From Bacteriovoracia bacterium (GTDB taxonomy: Bacteria; Bdellovibrionota; UBA1018; CAIPTA01): DNA of 64,000 bases. Below are positions 1 through 12,492 of the stretch, one piece after another. Made by a program: the position numbers and the translations under genes. Numbering within the stretch: the stretch's first letter is position 1; each line of letters opens with the position of its first letter. The DNA lies in NCBI GenBank assembly GCA_050246755.1, contig JBFWVL010000001.1:1536001-1600000 (forward strand), read 5' to 3'. The notes beneath the pieces are model-generated. The model did no database searches and was not told the origin of the DNA. It was given only the letters and a program-made list of their open reading frames with translations.

Positions 1-361
1 CGCCCACTTTCAAGGAGCGATGCAGGCCTCCGCACATTCCAAGCAGAAGAACGGCCTTGGGCTCGATCGTGGCGAGTACTTCGATGATGAGCGCGCAGGT
101 AGGCGCGCCGATATTGAAATTCACCAGGCTCACCCCGTGTTTAGGAGAGTGAATGGCGCTCATCGCCGAGCCCTTAGTGGCTTTTTTACAGCCGGTAATT
201 TTCCGGAACTGCTTCATGTAGTGTTCAAAATTGGTGAGCAGAATTTGTTTTTGAAAATTTTCGCGTGCAGATCCGGTATACCGCTCGAGAATGCTTTCCG
301 CGATGGAGCGCTTCTTCTCGTTCGAAAAAATTCGGCTAGAATTAAATCCGGGTGTTTGCAT
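1..361 (-). CDS. amn: AMP nucleosidase (PNP/UDP phosphorylase family), runs off the left edge
   Basis: Not in ORF track. Manual translation from ATG at 361: MQTPGFNSS...ILERYTG...QILLTNFEHY...NFNIGAPTCALIIEVLATIEPKAVLLLGMCGGL, matching the short Bacteroidetes/Chlamydia-type AMP nucleosidase pattern. Confidence 0.8.
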   Translation of the reverse strand, partial: MQTPGFNSSRIFSNEKKRSIAESILERYTGSARENFQKQILLTNFEHYMKQFRKITGCKKATKGSAMSAIHSPKHGVSLVNFNIGAPTCALIIEVLATIEPKAVLLLGMCGGLHRSLKVG

Positions 362-463
362 GATTTTCTCTTCCTAAGATCGTAGCACCTTCAGCTCAGA
401 GCGGCTAAGAAAAAATCAGCCATTTCACTTGGTTACGTGAGCCGGCTTCGCTATTCTTCCGGT

Positions 464-964
464 ATGGCGAAAGCGAAAAAAAGCGGTAAATCGGGAAGCG
501 AGTGGCAAACAAATTTGAAGGACTTTTTTCAAACTCCGCTCGCGGATAAAGCGGGGAGTTTTTTGAGCGAAAAAGCCACGATCGCCCTTCACGTGGAAGA
601 GGAGGCCTTTCTGTTTCGCCGGAAAAAAGGTGAAAACGTGATTGAAGAGGCGGATTCGAAGAAATGCGAGGCAGACGTACATTTTTGGATCCCAGCGAGC
701 GCATTGCGTCATCTTTTGGATTTGTCCGGCTTACCGGGCACCGGGTTGGGAGTGATGGGGGTTGCCGTGCTGGAGCATCTCTTTGCTGGAGAGCCGGAAA
801 GGAAGATCAAATTCCGCGTGGACTCAGGCTTTTTGGCACTCTGGGCAAAGGGATATTTTTCCGTTTTGAAAGCCGGAGGGCCTGAAGTAGCTTCGTATGT
901 GGCGCGCAAGGGCTTCAATAGCGTGACGCGCATCAAAGAAGTCTTAAAGAATATCCGAGGCTGA
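464..964 (+). CDS. hypothetical protein, possibly SCP2 sterol/lipid-binding fold
   Basis: Likely start ATG 464 within ORF 437..964; 'EADVHFWIP..ALRHLL' resembles SCP2; ends 1 nt before hpt. Confidence 0.5.
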   Translation: MAKAKKSGKSGSEWQTNLKDFFQTPLADKAGSFLSEKATIALHVEEEAFLFRRKKGENVIEEADSKKCEADVHFWIPASALRHLLDLSGLPGTGLGVMGVAVLEHLFAGEPERKIKFRVDSGFLALWAKGYFSVLKAGGPEVASYVARKGFNSVTRIKEVLKNIRG

Positions 965-965
965 A

Positions 966-1505
966 ATGCAATTCGACGACCGTCAATTTAAGCAGTTTCT
1001 TTCCGAGCAGGAAATTTCTGATCTGCTCGACGATCTCGCCGCCAAGATTAATAAAGACTACGACATGAACGACAAGATCTTGCTTGTGGGGGTGCTTAAG
1101 GGCGCCATTGTGGTCATGGCCGATTTAATCCGCCGCTTGCACTCCGACGTGGAAGTTGATTTCGTGCGGGTGGCTGCTTACGGTAAATCCGTGGGGAACT
1201 CGGGCACCATTACTTTGCTTAAAGATATCGGAGTGGATATCCGGAATCGCCACGTGATCATCGTAGAGGAAGTGATAGATAGCGGCCGCACCTTGAAGTA
1301 CCTCTACGATCGCCTAAAAGCCGGAAGCCCGCTTTCCATTCGCATCGCTACGCTGCTCGACAAGCAATCGAAGCGAGTAGTTAAAATCGATGCCGACTAT
1401 GTGGGCAAGGTCGTGGACGATCAATTTCTTATTGGATACGGCCTTGATCTGGAAGAGCGATGCCGGAATCTTCCCGACATTCATTCCCTGAAGTACCCGA
1501 ACTAG
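966..1505 (+). CDS. hpt: hypoxanthine phosphoribosyltransferase
   Basis: VGVLKGA, IIVEEVIDSGRTL PRPP-binding motif, FLIGYGLD..E..RNLP. Confidence 0.95.
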   Translation: MQFDDRQFKQFLSEQEISDLLDDLAAKINKDYDMNDKILLVGVLKGAIVVMADLIRRLHSDVEVDFVRVAAYGKSVGNSGTITLLKDIGVDIRNRHVIIVEEVIDSGRTLKYLYDRLKAGSPLSIRIATLLDKQSKRVVKIDADYVGKVVDDQFLIGYGLDLEERCRNLPDIHSLKYPN

Positions 1506-1507
1506 CT

Positions 1508-4171
<2,664 letters not shown>

Positions 4172-4182
4172 GCCCTAAAACC

Positions 4183-4419
4183 TCACGGGAGGTATTTTCT
4201 TTCAATTTTTTGCAGCGCCGGCCGGGCATTCTGAATGCCGTTGGCCCAGATAAAATATCCTGCACCAACGATCAACGCGACCGCCGAGAGGAGGCACCCT
4301 ATCGCTTTCCCGCCACGGCCCGTGCGCTTAAAGTGCGCCGACAATTCTACGAGTATGAGCGCCGTGGGAATTGCCCACCAGGGATAAATCTCAATGATAA
4401 AATAGAGAATGGAGAGCAC
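4183..4419 (-). CDS. small membrane protein, hypothetical
   Basis: Two hydrophobic segments; fills the gap between metK and valS on the same strand. Confidence 0.6.
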   Translation of the reverse strand: MLSILYFIIEIYPWWAIPTALILVELSAHFKRTGRGGKAIGCLLSAVALIVGAGYFIWANGIQNARPALQKIERKYLP

Positions 4420-4435
4420 TAGGCCTTGCCTTTGC

Positions 4436-5605
4436 TTACGCTTTGCAAGCGCGTTTCAAGTCTTCCACCCGGTCGGTCTCTTCCCAGGCGAAGCCTTCGC
4501 CGCGACGGCCGAAGTGACCGTAGGCGGCCGTCTGGCTGTAGATGGGACGCAGGAGCTTGAGGGTAGAAATGATCTGCGCCGGCTTAAAGGGAAATACTTC
4601 ACGTACGGCAGCCTGGATTTTATTCTCGTCCACTTTAGCGGTGCCGAAGGTTTCCACCATGAGGCTTACTGGTTCGGCCACCCCGATAGCGTAGCCAACT
4701 TGCACCAGGCAACGATCGGCGAGCCCCGCCGCCACCACGTTTTTCGCGGCGTAACGAGCCATGTAGCAGGCCGAGCGGTCCACCTTCGTGGGGTCTTTTC
4801 CGGAGAAGGCCCCGCCACCGTGAGCGCCATGCCCGCCGTAGGTGTCCACGATGATCTTACGGCCGGTGAGCCCACAGTCTCCCATGGGTCCGCCGATTAC
4901 GAAGCGTCCCGTGGGATTGATGTGAAATTTAGTTTTCGAATCGAGCCATTCCGCGGGGATAACTTTTTTGATCACTTCTTCGCGGATACCCTCTTGAATC
5001 TTAGCGAGGCTAACGTCGTCGGAGTGCTGTGAGCTCACCACGATGGCGTCAACGCGCTTGGGTTTCCCGTCCACGTATTCCATCGTTACTTGAGTCTTGC
5101 CGTCGGGGCGCAAGAACGAAAGGGGGCCGCCTTTGCGGGCCGCCGTGAGGCGCTCGGCCAAACGGTGAGACCAGAAAATCGTATGCGGCATTTGCTCGGG
5201 AGCTTCATTGATCGCGTAGCCGAACATGATGCCCTGATCGCCGGCGCCTTGTTCTTTACTGGCGCTGGTTTCGGCGGTAACGCCGAGGGAAATATCGGGA
5301 GACTGCTTGCCTAGCGCGACCATCACCGAACAGGTTTTATAATCGAAGCCTTTATTGGTGTCGTCGTAGCCGATTTTGCGCACGGTCTCGCGCACCACGG
5401 TGGGAATATCCACGATCGCGGAGGTGGTTACTTCGCCCGCCACTATCACGATCCCGGTGGTCGTCATGGTTTCGCAAGCCACGCGGCTGCGCGGATCCTG
5501 TGCGAGCATCGCATCCAGTACTGCATCGGAAATTTGATCAGCCATTTTATCTGGATGACCTTCGGTTACCGATTCAGACGTGAAAAAATAATCCCTCAAA
5601 ACCAT
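4436..5605 (-). CDS. metK: methionine adenosyltransferase
   Basis: [35 protein letters not shown]. Confidence 0.98.
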   Translation of the reverse strand: MVLRDYFFTSESVTEGHPDKMADQISDAVLDAMLAQDPRSRVACETMTTTGIVIVAGEVTTSAIVDIPTVVRETVRKIGYDDTNKGFDYKTCSVMVALGKQSPDISLGVTAETSASKEQGAGDQGIMFGYAINEAPEQMPHTIFWSHRLAERLTAARKGGPLSFLRPDGKTQVTMEYVDGKPKRVDAIVVSSQHSDDVSLAKIQEGIREEVIKKVIPAEWLDSKTKFHINPTGRFVIGGPMGDCGLTGRKIIVDTYGGHGAHGGGAFSGKDPTKVDRSACYMARYAAKNVVAAGLADRCLVQVGYAIGVAEPVSLMVETFGTAKVDENKIQAAVREVFPFKPAQIISTLKLLRPIYSQTAAYGHFGRRGEGFAWEETDRVEDLKRACKA

Positions 5606-5888
5606 GCGCTACCTCTGTGTATTGGGCGAAGATTGGTAAAAAATTTAAACCCGCGGTTTAAGCGTGGATTTTGAATTTCGGCGTAGTGCCTTTGGCGCGC
5701 ACGGCTTTTTTGCGGCGCAATCCTTTGTTCGCTTTTTTGGTTTGACGGATGAGACGAGTTTTTCTTGTTGGTGATGCCATGGAAGCCTCTGATTTTGCTT
5801 GTAGTTATTGCCCTCAGAGCTATCGCAGCTGAGAGGAGAAATCAACCGGAATTGCAGGGCTGGCAAAGGGCTTGCTTAGCGGTGTTCC

Positions 5889-7184
5889 ATGGCAAACCTA
5901 CAGGCTGCGTTTTTGTTCTTTTTCTTCTTTTGGGCTCACTTCGCTTTCGCGGCTGACGCATTGCCCTTGGCGATAGGGGAGCAGAAGAGTTTTCCTGTGC
6001 CGGCCGGGCTTCGGTTTAGCGTGGGAAACCCCGAAGTGATCCAAGTGAAAGCCACGCAGCTGGCCGACGGGCAGGCTCTACTGATCGTAAAGGGAAAAAG
6101 CCAAGGCTATTCAGACCTTGTGTTCATTGGGGACAAAGACCTAAAGCGGAATCTTGCTTTCCGGGTATTCACTAAAAAGCAGGCCGCCATTACGCAGGAT
6201 GGCCGATCAGCCCTTTCCGCGGGTTCGGGCCTGGCCCTGGAGCCCCAAGGGGACGGCTGGTTACTAAGGGGAAAAACTCGCTCCATGGACGACTGGAATG
6301 TGGCTCAAGCGATGTTGAGCCAGGCGAAGGGCAAGGCCGCCGTGCTGGCTAGTCTCCATCCGCTAGAGCGCATTCGAGCCGAAAGCCGTATCCGCCGCCT
6401 GCTCCGCTCTTCTGGACTACAGGAAATCGAAGTAAAAAGTGCCGGGAGCCTAGTGGTGCTCACGGGGTTTGCGGCTTCCGCGCAAGAAAAGGAATTCGCC
6501 GAGGCACTTGGGCGCCAAGTGGTCCAGAGCCTGCGCTCAGAGGTGAAGGTTCCTTTCGAGAGCGGCGCGCGAATAAGATTTCACGCGAAAATCCTAGAGA
6601 TTTTGCGAACGGACGGAATGGCGCTCGGATTGAACTGGAACGAAGGTATTCCTTCGGCCCTTATGGTGAGCAAGGGCTTCACGAAGGCTAATTTTAGCCT
6701 TGAGGCCGGATTGAAACTGCTCGAAAAACGGGGGCACGCCCGCGTACTTTCTCAACCCGAGCTTTTACTAAACGAAAAGGGCATTGCCGAGTTGAAGGTG
6801 GGGGGAGAAATTCCCATTCCCACGCATTCCAAGAATTCCGCGAGCGTAGAGTGGAAACCCTACGGCCTTACCCTTCGGTTAGAGCTTCCGGGAGTTTCTA
6901 AGCGCCTGGCCCGCGCGAAAATCACCGTAGAAATCAGCACGCTGGATCCTACTACCGGAAACGAAGGAATTCCAGGAATCCGCTTGAGCCGGATGGAAAC
7001 TCAGGTGGATATGGCTCTGGGCAGGCCAGTTTTGCTTTCTGGGCTGATGGAGCGCCGGGAAAGCGATCTTCAGGCGGGGCTGCCTTTTTTGGGAAGAATT
7101 CCGATTCTCGGAGAGCTTTTCAAGTCTCGTGATTTTCAAGAGAATCGCTCGGAGCTGGTGATCTTGCTCGAGGCAGTGCGTTAG
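5889..7184 (+). CDS. cpaC: Tad/Flp pilus secretin (CpaC/RcpA family)
   Basis: Signal peptide (AFA|A), pilus-assembly N-domain (SVGNPEVI), BON-like middle, secretin motifs GGEIPIP, EWKPYG, GLPFLGRIPILGELFKS, ELVILL. Confidence 0.85.
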   Translation: MANLQAAFLFFFFFWAHFAFAADALPLAIGEQKSFPVPAGLRFSVGNPEVIQVKATQLADGQALLIVKGKSQGYSDLVFIGDKDLKRNLAFRVFTKKQAAITQDGRSALSAGSGLALEPQGDGWLLRGKTRSMDDWNVAQAMLSQAKGKAAVLASLHPLERIRAESRIRRLLRSSGLQEIEVKSAGSLVVLTGFAASAQEKEFAEALGRQVVQSLRSEVKVPFESGARIRFHAKILEILRTDGMALGLNWNEGIPSALMVSKGFTKANFSLEAGLKLLEKRGHARVLSQPELLLNEKGIAELKVGGEIPIPTHSKNSASVEWKPYGLTLRLELPGVSKRLARAKITVEISTLDPTTGNEGIPGIRLSRMETQVDMALGRPVLLSGLMERRESDLQAGLPFLGRIPILGELFKSRDFQENRSELVILLEAVR

Positions 7185-8245
7185 TGCGGGCTCGTGAATC
7201 TACTGCTGCCATACAGGAGTTTTTGCTGGCGCGCGGCCTCGAGGCTGGTGATCCCGATGCCATGGCCGCTGTGCGGGAAGAGCTAAAAATCGATGAGTTA
7301 GAGTTGGAAGAATTTTTCGGCCATGGGCCGCTCGCACCCTTGTTGGCGGACGAATCGATAACGGAAATCTTGGTGAATGGCCTGGATGAAATCTGGGTGG
7401 AAAGATCCGGAAACCTTATTCTTTCAGGCGCGAAATTTAGCGGAGAAGAAAGCTTGCGCCGGTACGTGCGGCGTCTTCTTGCGCAAGCCGGGCGCAAGGT
7501 GGATCACCAGGCCCCCTTCGCCGACGCTTCTCTTCCCTGCGGTAGCCGCCTGCACGTGGCCGGACCTCCGGTAACCAAACGTGGATACTGCCTTTCTATT
7601 CGAAAATTCTCTTCTTCTCCGTGGACGCTCGCGAGGCTGGAAGCGAGTGGTGCGCTAACGAAGAAAAGCGCCGTTCTTCTGGAGTCGCTTGTGCGCTCCC
7701 GCCAAAATATCTTAGTGGCGGGCGGTACGGGAAGTGGGAAAACCTCCATGCTCGGAGCGCTGTTGGGGCAAGTGGGAATAGCCGAACGCACGATTTTGCT
7801 CGAAGATATTTCTGAAATTAAGGCGCATCATGCGCACCTTATCGGCCTCGAGGCTCGCCCTCCTAATCAAGAGGGGGAAGGAGAAATTACGTTAAAGCGC
7901 CTGCTACGCGAAGCTCTGCGGATGCGTCCCGATCGGCTCGTAGTGGGGGAATGCCGGGGACCGGAAGCCCTCGATCTGCTGCTGGCCCTAAACACCGGGC
8001 ACCACGGCTCAATGGCCACGATCCATGCGAATTCTCCCCGTGAGGCATTAGCCAGACTGGAAACCCTGGCCATGCTTGCGGCCGAAAATCTCCGGGAAGG
8101 GGCCGTGAAATCGCTCGTAGCGGGAAGTATTCAGTTCGTGGCTCAGCTGGCGCGCACCGAAAACGGCCGGCGTCTCGTGAACCTGGCGGAAATCAAGGGA
8201 GTAGACGGCGGCCGTTATTTGTTAAAAGAACTAGAGCTCACATAA
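7184..8245 (+). CDS. cpaF: Tad pilus assembly ATPase CpaF/TadA
   Basis: ITEILVNG, Walker [40 protein letters not shown]. Confidence 0.93.
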   Translation: MRARESTAAIQEFLLARGLEAGDPDAMAAVREELKIDELELEEFFGHGPLAPLLADESITEILVNGLDEIWVERSGNLILSGAKFSGEESLRRYVRRLLAQAGRKVDHQAPFADASLPCGSRLHVAGPPVTKRGYCLSIRKFSSSPWTLARLEASGALTKKSAVLLESLVRSRQNILVAGGTGSGKTSMLGALLGQVGIAERTILLEDISEIKAHHAHLIGLEARPPNQEGEGEITLKRLLREALRMRPDRLVVGECRGPEALDLLLALNTGHHGSMATIHANSPREALARLETLAMLAAENLREGAVKSLVAGSIQFVAQLARTENGRRLVNLAEIKGVDGGRYLLKELELT

Positions 8246-8506
8246 GACCGAAATTCTCTCGCGTAGGATTTCTGATCTTGTTTCGCAAGTGGCGATATTC
8301 CGTTCCGCGGTTTCACAAAACGCTTTCGTAAGGGAAGGCTTTTCTATTTTATAGGCAAAAGCGAAAAGGTAAGCTTGGCGCGCTTCCTCGTGGCGGCAGG
8401 GAAGATCGGTGAAAGTGGGGATTTCTGTCTGTAGTCTCGGTATGTTCGCCCGGGTGCCCACACACACCGCGGCGAGCGGGATTAAAAATAGAATCTTGTA
8501 GTTCAT
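8231..8506 (-). CDS. small Cys-containing exported hypothetical protein
   Basis: Hydrophobic N-terminus; ATGA overlap with the stop of the upstream TadB/C gene. Confidence 0.5.
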   Translation of the reverse strand: MNYKILFLIPLAAVCVGTRANIPRLQTEIPTFTDLPCRHEEARQAYLFAFAYKIEKPSLTKAFCETAERNIATCETRSEILRERISVLCEL

Positions 8507-9528
8507 TGTAGTTCCTGGAGCAAGGGGATCAGCAGACCCGCTAACACCAGAAGCGTGCCCGGAAAAAAGCAGACAAAGAGGGGAAGTAAAAGAGTGACCG
8601 GCAGACGCTGCACTCTCTCTTCCCAGCGAGATTCAAGCTCCGAGTACAAGTTTTGTAAAAAGCCGAGGAGATCTTCCCGTAGGGGGGCGCCGGTGAGGGC
8701 GGCGTGGCGCAAAAGGGATTTCAGTTGTAGGATTTTTTCTGGCGGAGAAAATTTTCCGAGCATGAGCCGATTCAGTTCGCCCGAGGCCACGCTGGAAAGT
8801 GAACGCTCCAGCGCGGTATCGGCATCGGTGCCCATCGAGATCTCAGCCACCATCCTCAGCGTAAGCTCGGGGAGCTCTTTCTCTTCCAGCGATTCGGCCG
8901 GCGAGGCCGGTTCAAGGGCCCGCGCGAGCGCACGTTTCATCCATTGACGGCCGAGGCCCGTTAGGGCAATCGCGATTGCCCAGAGCAGCCAAGTAAGGGA
9001 ATGCCGAGCAGCTAGTTGGAACCATTCTTGGTCTACTAAGAAAATCATGAAAGCAAGGCCCCAGGGCAACCAAGAAAGAACCTCGGCCTGAGCTCGTGCC
9101 TGGCCGGTAAGAGCGCGAGATCGGAGCTGAAGTTTTCGCTTGGCACCTAGTACCTGCTGAAAAATTTGCAAAGTGGCGAGAATGGGCATGCCGGTGCGCA
9201 GCGCGGAGGAAAGGTAGGTAGAAAGAAAATCGGCGGGCGGGCTTCCATCGGCAATTCTGCGCAATTGTTCACGCACCGCGGTGGGGCAATCCTGTTCCTT
9301 AGCGGCCATCGTCAGGGCGGAATCGAGGCTAACTCCGGCGCGGGCCGCCGCGATTAAACGGGAGCAGATAAAAAGCCCGGGTTCGGTAACGCTATTTTGT
9401 TGCAGGAGCTGCTTTAAGCGCGCATGGGCAGTGGCGACGACTCTAACGCATAGGCGATCCATGCCTGTGGGCGCGACGGCGCAGCAAAAAAAAACAAGTA
9501 TTCCGACGATCATAGCCAAGATTGCCAT
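8503..9528 (-). CDS. TadB/TadC-like T2SSF-family membrane protein with two platform repeats
   Basis: AARAGVSLDSAL, LRSRALTGQARAQAEVLSWLP (TadB-like) plus TLLLPLFVCFFPGTLLV (TadC-like). Start is ATG 9528 or 9513. Confidence 0.8.
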   Translation of the reverse strand: MAILAMIVGILVFFCCAVAPTGMDRLCVRVVATAHARLKQLLQQNSVTEPGLFICSRLIAAARAGVSLDSALTMAAKEQDCPTAVREQLRRIADGSPPADFLSTYLSSALRTGMPILATLQIFQQVLGAKRKLQLRSRALTGQARAQAEVLSWLPWGLAFMIFLVDQEWFQLAARHSLTWLLWAIAIALTGLGRQWMKRALARALEPASPAESLEEKELPELTLRMVAEISMGTDADTALERSLSSVASGELNRLMLGKFSPPEKILQLKSLLRHAALTGAPLREDLLGFLQNLYSELESRWEERVQRLPVTLLLPLFVCFFPGTLLVLAGLLIPLLQELQ

Positions 9529-9626
9529 TTCTGGCCGATTGCAAAGCCGGAGCCAGGATACGATCAATCCGAAAGCACTTGAAGCAAAGAACGGTGAAGC
9601 ATTTGAACTCGTGGTACGATTTTCTA

Positions 9627-10910
9627 ATGAAGAAAACTTGGCGCCACAGCAAACAGAAGTTCATTGGACAATCCCAGCTCGAACGTTTTGATTTCGAGAA
9701 CGGATTGCGTCTGATTGTGCTGGAAAACAAATTGGCCCCGGTTTTTTCTTACCAAACTTGGTTCAACGTCGGATCCCGCGACGAGGAAAAGGGAAAGTCT
9801 GGCCTCGCGCATTTGTTCGAACACATGATGTTCAAGGGCACGCGCTCGCGCCCGCAGGGGGTTTTCGACCGCGCGATGGAGTCCGCAGGCGCTCGCGATT
9901 TAAACGCATTTACGAGCACCGACTACACGGCTTATGTGGCGAGCTTGCCGATCTCTTCCCTAGAGCTGGTGGCCGAGCTCGAATCCGATCGCATGACGAG
10001 TCTTAATCTCACAAAGGAGCAGTTCGAGTCTGAGCGCGAAGTGGTGCACAACGAGCGCAAGCAAGTGATGGAAAATAATCCCGAAGGGAAAATGTACGAG
10101 GAACTTCAGCGTCTCGCATTCACGCGCCATCCTTATGGGCGCCCGGTGATCGGCTTTGCCCAAGATTTGGATTCCATGACGGTGGAAGACTGCAACGATT
10201 TCTATAGAGGATTTTACGCTCCCGACCACGCCGTGATTTGCGTGGCTGGAGGAGTCAAACCCGAACGTGTCGCGGCGGTAGTGAACAAGTATTACGGGAA
10301 AATACCGGCCTCGGGCCGCAAAGAGCCGGCCGTAGCGCCTGAGCCCATGCCTACACAGGAGAACGTGAGCGTGCTCACGCTACCCGTGCAGGTGGAGAAG
10401 TGCTATATCGGCTACCGCGTGCCCGATGCCCGTCATGCCGATCAAGTTCCGCTCTCCATTCTTTCGATGGTCCTCTCCACCGGACGCAGTTCCCGGCTGT
10501 ATCAAGCCTTGGTGGATACCGGGATTTGTATCGACGCTGGCACCAGCGTGGGAGGCTCTAAGGATTCTTCGCTCTTTTACTTCAGCTTTACTTGTCAGAA
10601 GGGCAAGCGAGCTGAGGCCGCTATCGAGGTAATCGATCGCGAGCTCGCCTTGCTTCTGGAAAAAGGCATCACCGCCGAAGAGCTCGAGCGCGTGAAGAAT
10701 AAGCTGCGCACCGAGATTCATGCTGGGCTCGCAACCAATAGCGCCGTGGCCCGGTTTGTGGGGCAGAACGAGATTGTGCTCGGCAATGTGGAGGCCGCCA
10801 TCGATGAGATCGAGAAGATCCAGCGTGTAGAGGTTCCCGAAGTTCGCGAAATGGCGCGTAAATATTTGCGTAAAGAAACGCGTACCGTAGTGATTGGAAA
10901 GCCAGAATGA
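9627..10910 (+). CDS. M16B zinc peptidase, catalytic subunit
   Basis: GLAHLFEHMMFKGT (HxxEH), NAFTSTDYT, EREVVHNER; likely start ATG 9627. Confidence 0.93.
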   Translation: MKKTWRHSKQKFIGQSQLERFDFENGLRLIVLENKLAPVFSYQTWFNVGSRDEEKGKSGLAHLFEHMMFKGTRSRPQGVFDRAMESAGARDLNAFTSTDYTAYVASLPISSLELVAELESDRMTSLNLTKEQFESEREVVHNERKQVMENNPEGKMYEELQRLAFTRHPYGRPVIGFAQDLDSMTVEDCNDFYRGFYAPDHAVICVAGGVKPERVAAVVNKYYGKIPASGRKEPAVAPEPMPTQENVSVLTLPVQVEKCYIGYRVPDARHADQVPLSILSMVLSTGRSSRLYQALVDTGICIDAGTSVGGSKDSSLFYFSFTCQKGKRAEAAIEVIDRELALLLEKGITAEELERVKNKLRTEIHAGLATNSAVARFVGQNEIVLGNVEAAIDEIEKIQRVEVPEVREMARKYLRKETRTVVIGKPE

Positions 10911-12349
10911 AACGCGCAGTGAAATCGAAAGCAAGGCCTAAATCGAAGACTAAGGCTGGCAAGGGCAACCAGCTGAAGCTGATTCTCCTGCCGGAAAAGG
11001 ACGGCCCGCTCGTTCATTTCGAATTCGCTCTCCGTCATGGATCTCTGCGCGATCCCGAGGGAAAAGACGGGGTGGCCTCGCTTACGCTCAGCATGCTTTT
11101 GCGCGGCACCAAAAAAAATAAAGCCGTAGATTTTCACCGCGCGCTCGATAATCTCGGTGGCGAGATTCACCTGGGAAAATACAAAGAATCTCTAAGGATT
11201 CACGGGATGGTTCTCGCCGATAAGTTACCCGCGTTTCTCGACCTGTTCGAGGAAATGTTGGTAGAGCCCGCCTTTGCCGAGGAAGAATTCGCCAAGATCC
11301 GCGAGCAGGTTCGCTCTTCGCTGCTCGATGAGCTTGGCTCCGATGATGATATCGCCGATCGTCGTTTCCAGGAGTATCTACTGTGGGGGAACCTCTACGG
11401 ACGCATGACCTCGGGCAGCCTCGAGACCCTCGATAAAATCACCGTGGCCGATCTTAAAAGGTTTCATCAGGATTTTTTCCGTCGCGAAGATTTCGTGGTG
11501 GGGGCCTCGGGCGGATTCGACAAAAAGCAGCTCGAAAAACGTATTCGCTCTATTCTTTCCCGGCTGCCCGATGGGTCGGCGGGGGTTCTCGATGTTCCCG
11601 GTCCCGAAGTGGGCAAAGGGAAAACCTTGCTCTTGCTCGATAAGCCTGGCCGAACCCAGGCCCAGATCACCGTGGGGTCTTCGGGGATTTCTTTTCAGGA
11701 TAAAGACTATTTCAGCATGCAGATCGCTAACCATGTGTTCGGTGGGGGCTCTTTTAGCGCCCGCCTCATGAAGGAGGTTAGGGAGAAGCGTGGCTGGAGC
11801 TATGGAGCGTATTCCTGGTACCGTTCGGGCAAAAAGCCCCTCTACTTCGCCATGCATGCGGTACCTAGCAATAAGGACTCCGCGGCGGCCCTCGAATTAA
11901 TGATCGAGTTGTTTAGCCAATATTCGAAAAAGGGCATTGATAAGGCGGAGTTCGCTTTTGCTAAACAGAGTTTGGTGAACCAAAGCGCGTTCCTTCAGGA
12001 TACGCTGCGTAAACGCCTGGACAATAAAGTGAGCGAGGCGGTAATGGGGCTGCCGGATGGGTTCTATGATGGGTACCAGAAGCGTATCGAACGTATTACC
12101 TATGGCGGGGTGCAGGGGGCGATACGTCGTCGCGTAGACGCCGGGCGTATTTTCGCGCTCGTGCTAGGCAGTGCGGCTGATTTAAGGGGTGAGCTAACTA
12201 AGCTGAAGGGGTTTACGAAGTTGTGGGAGAGGAAGTTTGATGAGAGTCCATTGGACCTTCAAAAAGTGGACTCGCTTATTTTAGCGCCCCGCCGCGGCGC
12301 GGGTAAAGCAATTTCAAAAAAGCCTAAACGAAAGATTCCGCGTAAATAG
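10907..12349 (+). CDS. M16B peptidase, non-catalytic partner subunit
   Basis: Lacks HxxEH; has GGGSFSARLMKEVREKRGWSY; ATGA overlap with the catalytic subunit. Confidence 0.9.
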   Translation: MKRAVKSKARPKSKTKAGKGNQLKLILLPEKDGPLVHFEFALRHGSLRDPEGKDGVASLTLSMLLRGTKKNKAVDFHRALDNLGGEIHLGKYKESLRIHGMVLADKLPAFLDLFEEMLVEPAFAEEEFAKIREQVRSSLLDELGSDDDIADRRFQEYLLWGNLYGRMTSGSLETLDKITVADLKRFHQDFFRREDFVVGASGGFDKKQLEKRIRSILSRLPDGSAGVLDVPGPEVGKGKTLLLLDKPGRTQAQITVGSSGISFQDKDYFSMQIANHVFGGGSFSARLMKEVREKRGWSYGAYSWYRSGKKPLYFAMHAVPSNKDSAAALELMIELFSQYSKKGIDKAEFAFAKQSLVNQSAFLQDTLRKRLDNKVSEAVMGLPDGFYDGYQKRIERITYGGVQGAIRRRVDAGRIFALVLGSAADLRGELTKLKGFTKLWERKFDESPLDLQKVDSLILAPRRGAGKAISKKPKRKIPRK

Positions 12350-12492
12350 GTCTGCCATAGGGCTTGGTTTCACACGCTGGAATTCCACCGCAAAATCATG
12401 GGCGTACCTTACCGCCACGACGATAAATTCTTTTGCGGACGCTTCCCCCCGCTCAGCGATTCAGCGTACAATTTTCTTAGGGGGACCTTACG

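Noticed and set aside
5606-5888. SAM riboswitch upstream of metK, and small ORF 5765..5956
   Set aside because: No SAM-I/II consensus recognised, only a short palindrome near 5645; the ORF overlaps cpaC and has no recognisable pilin motif
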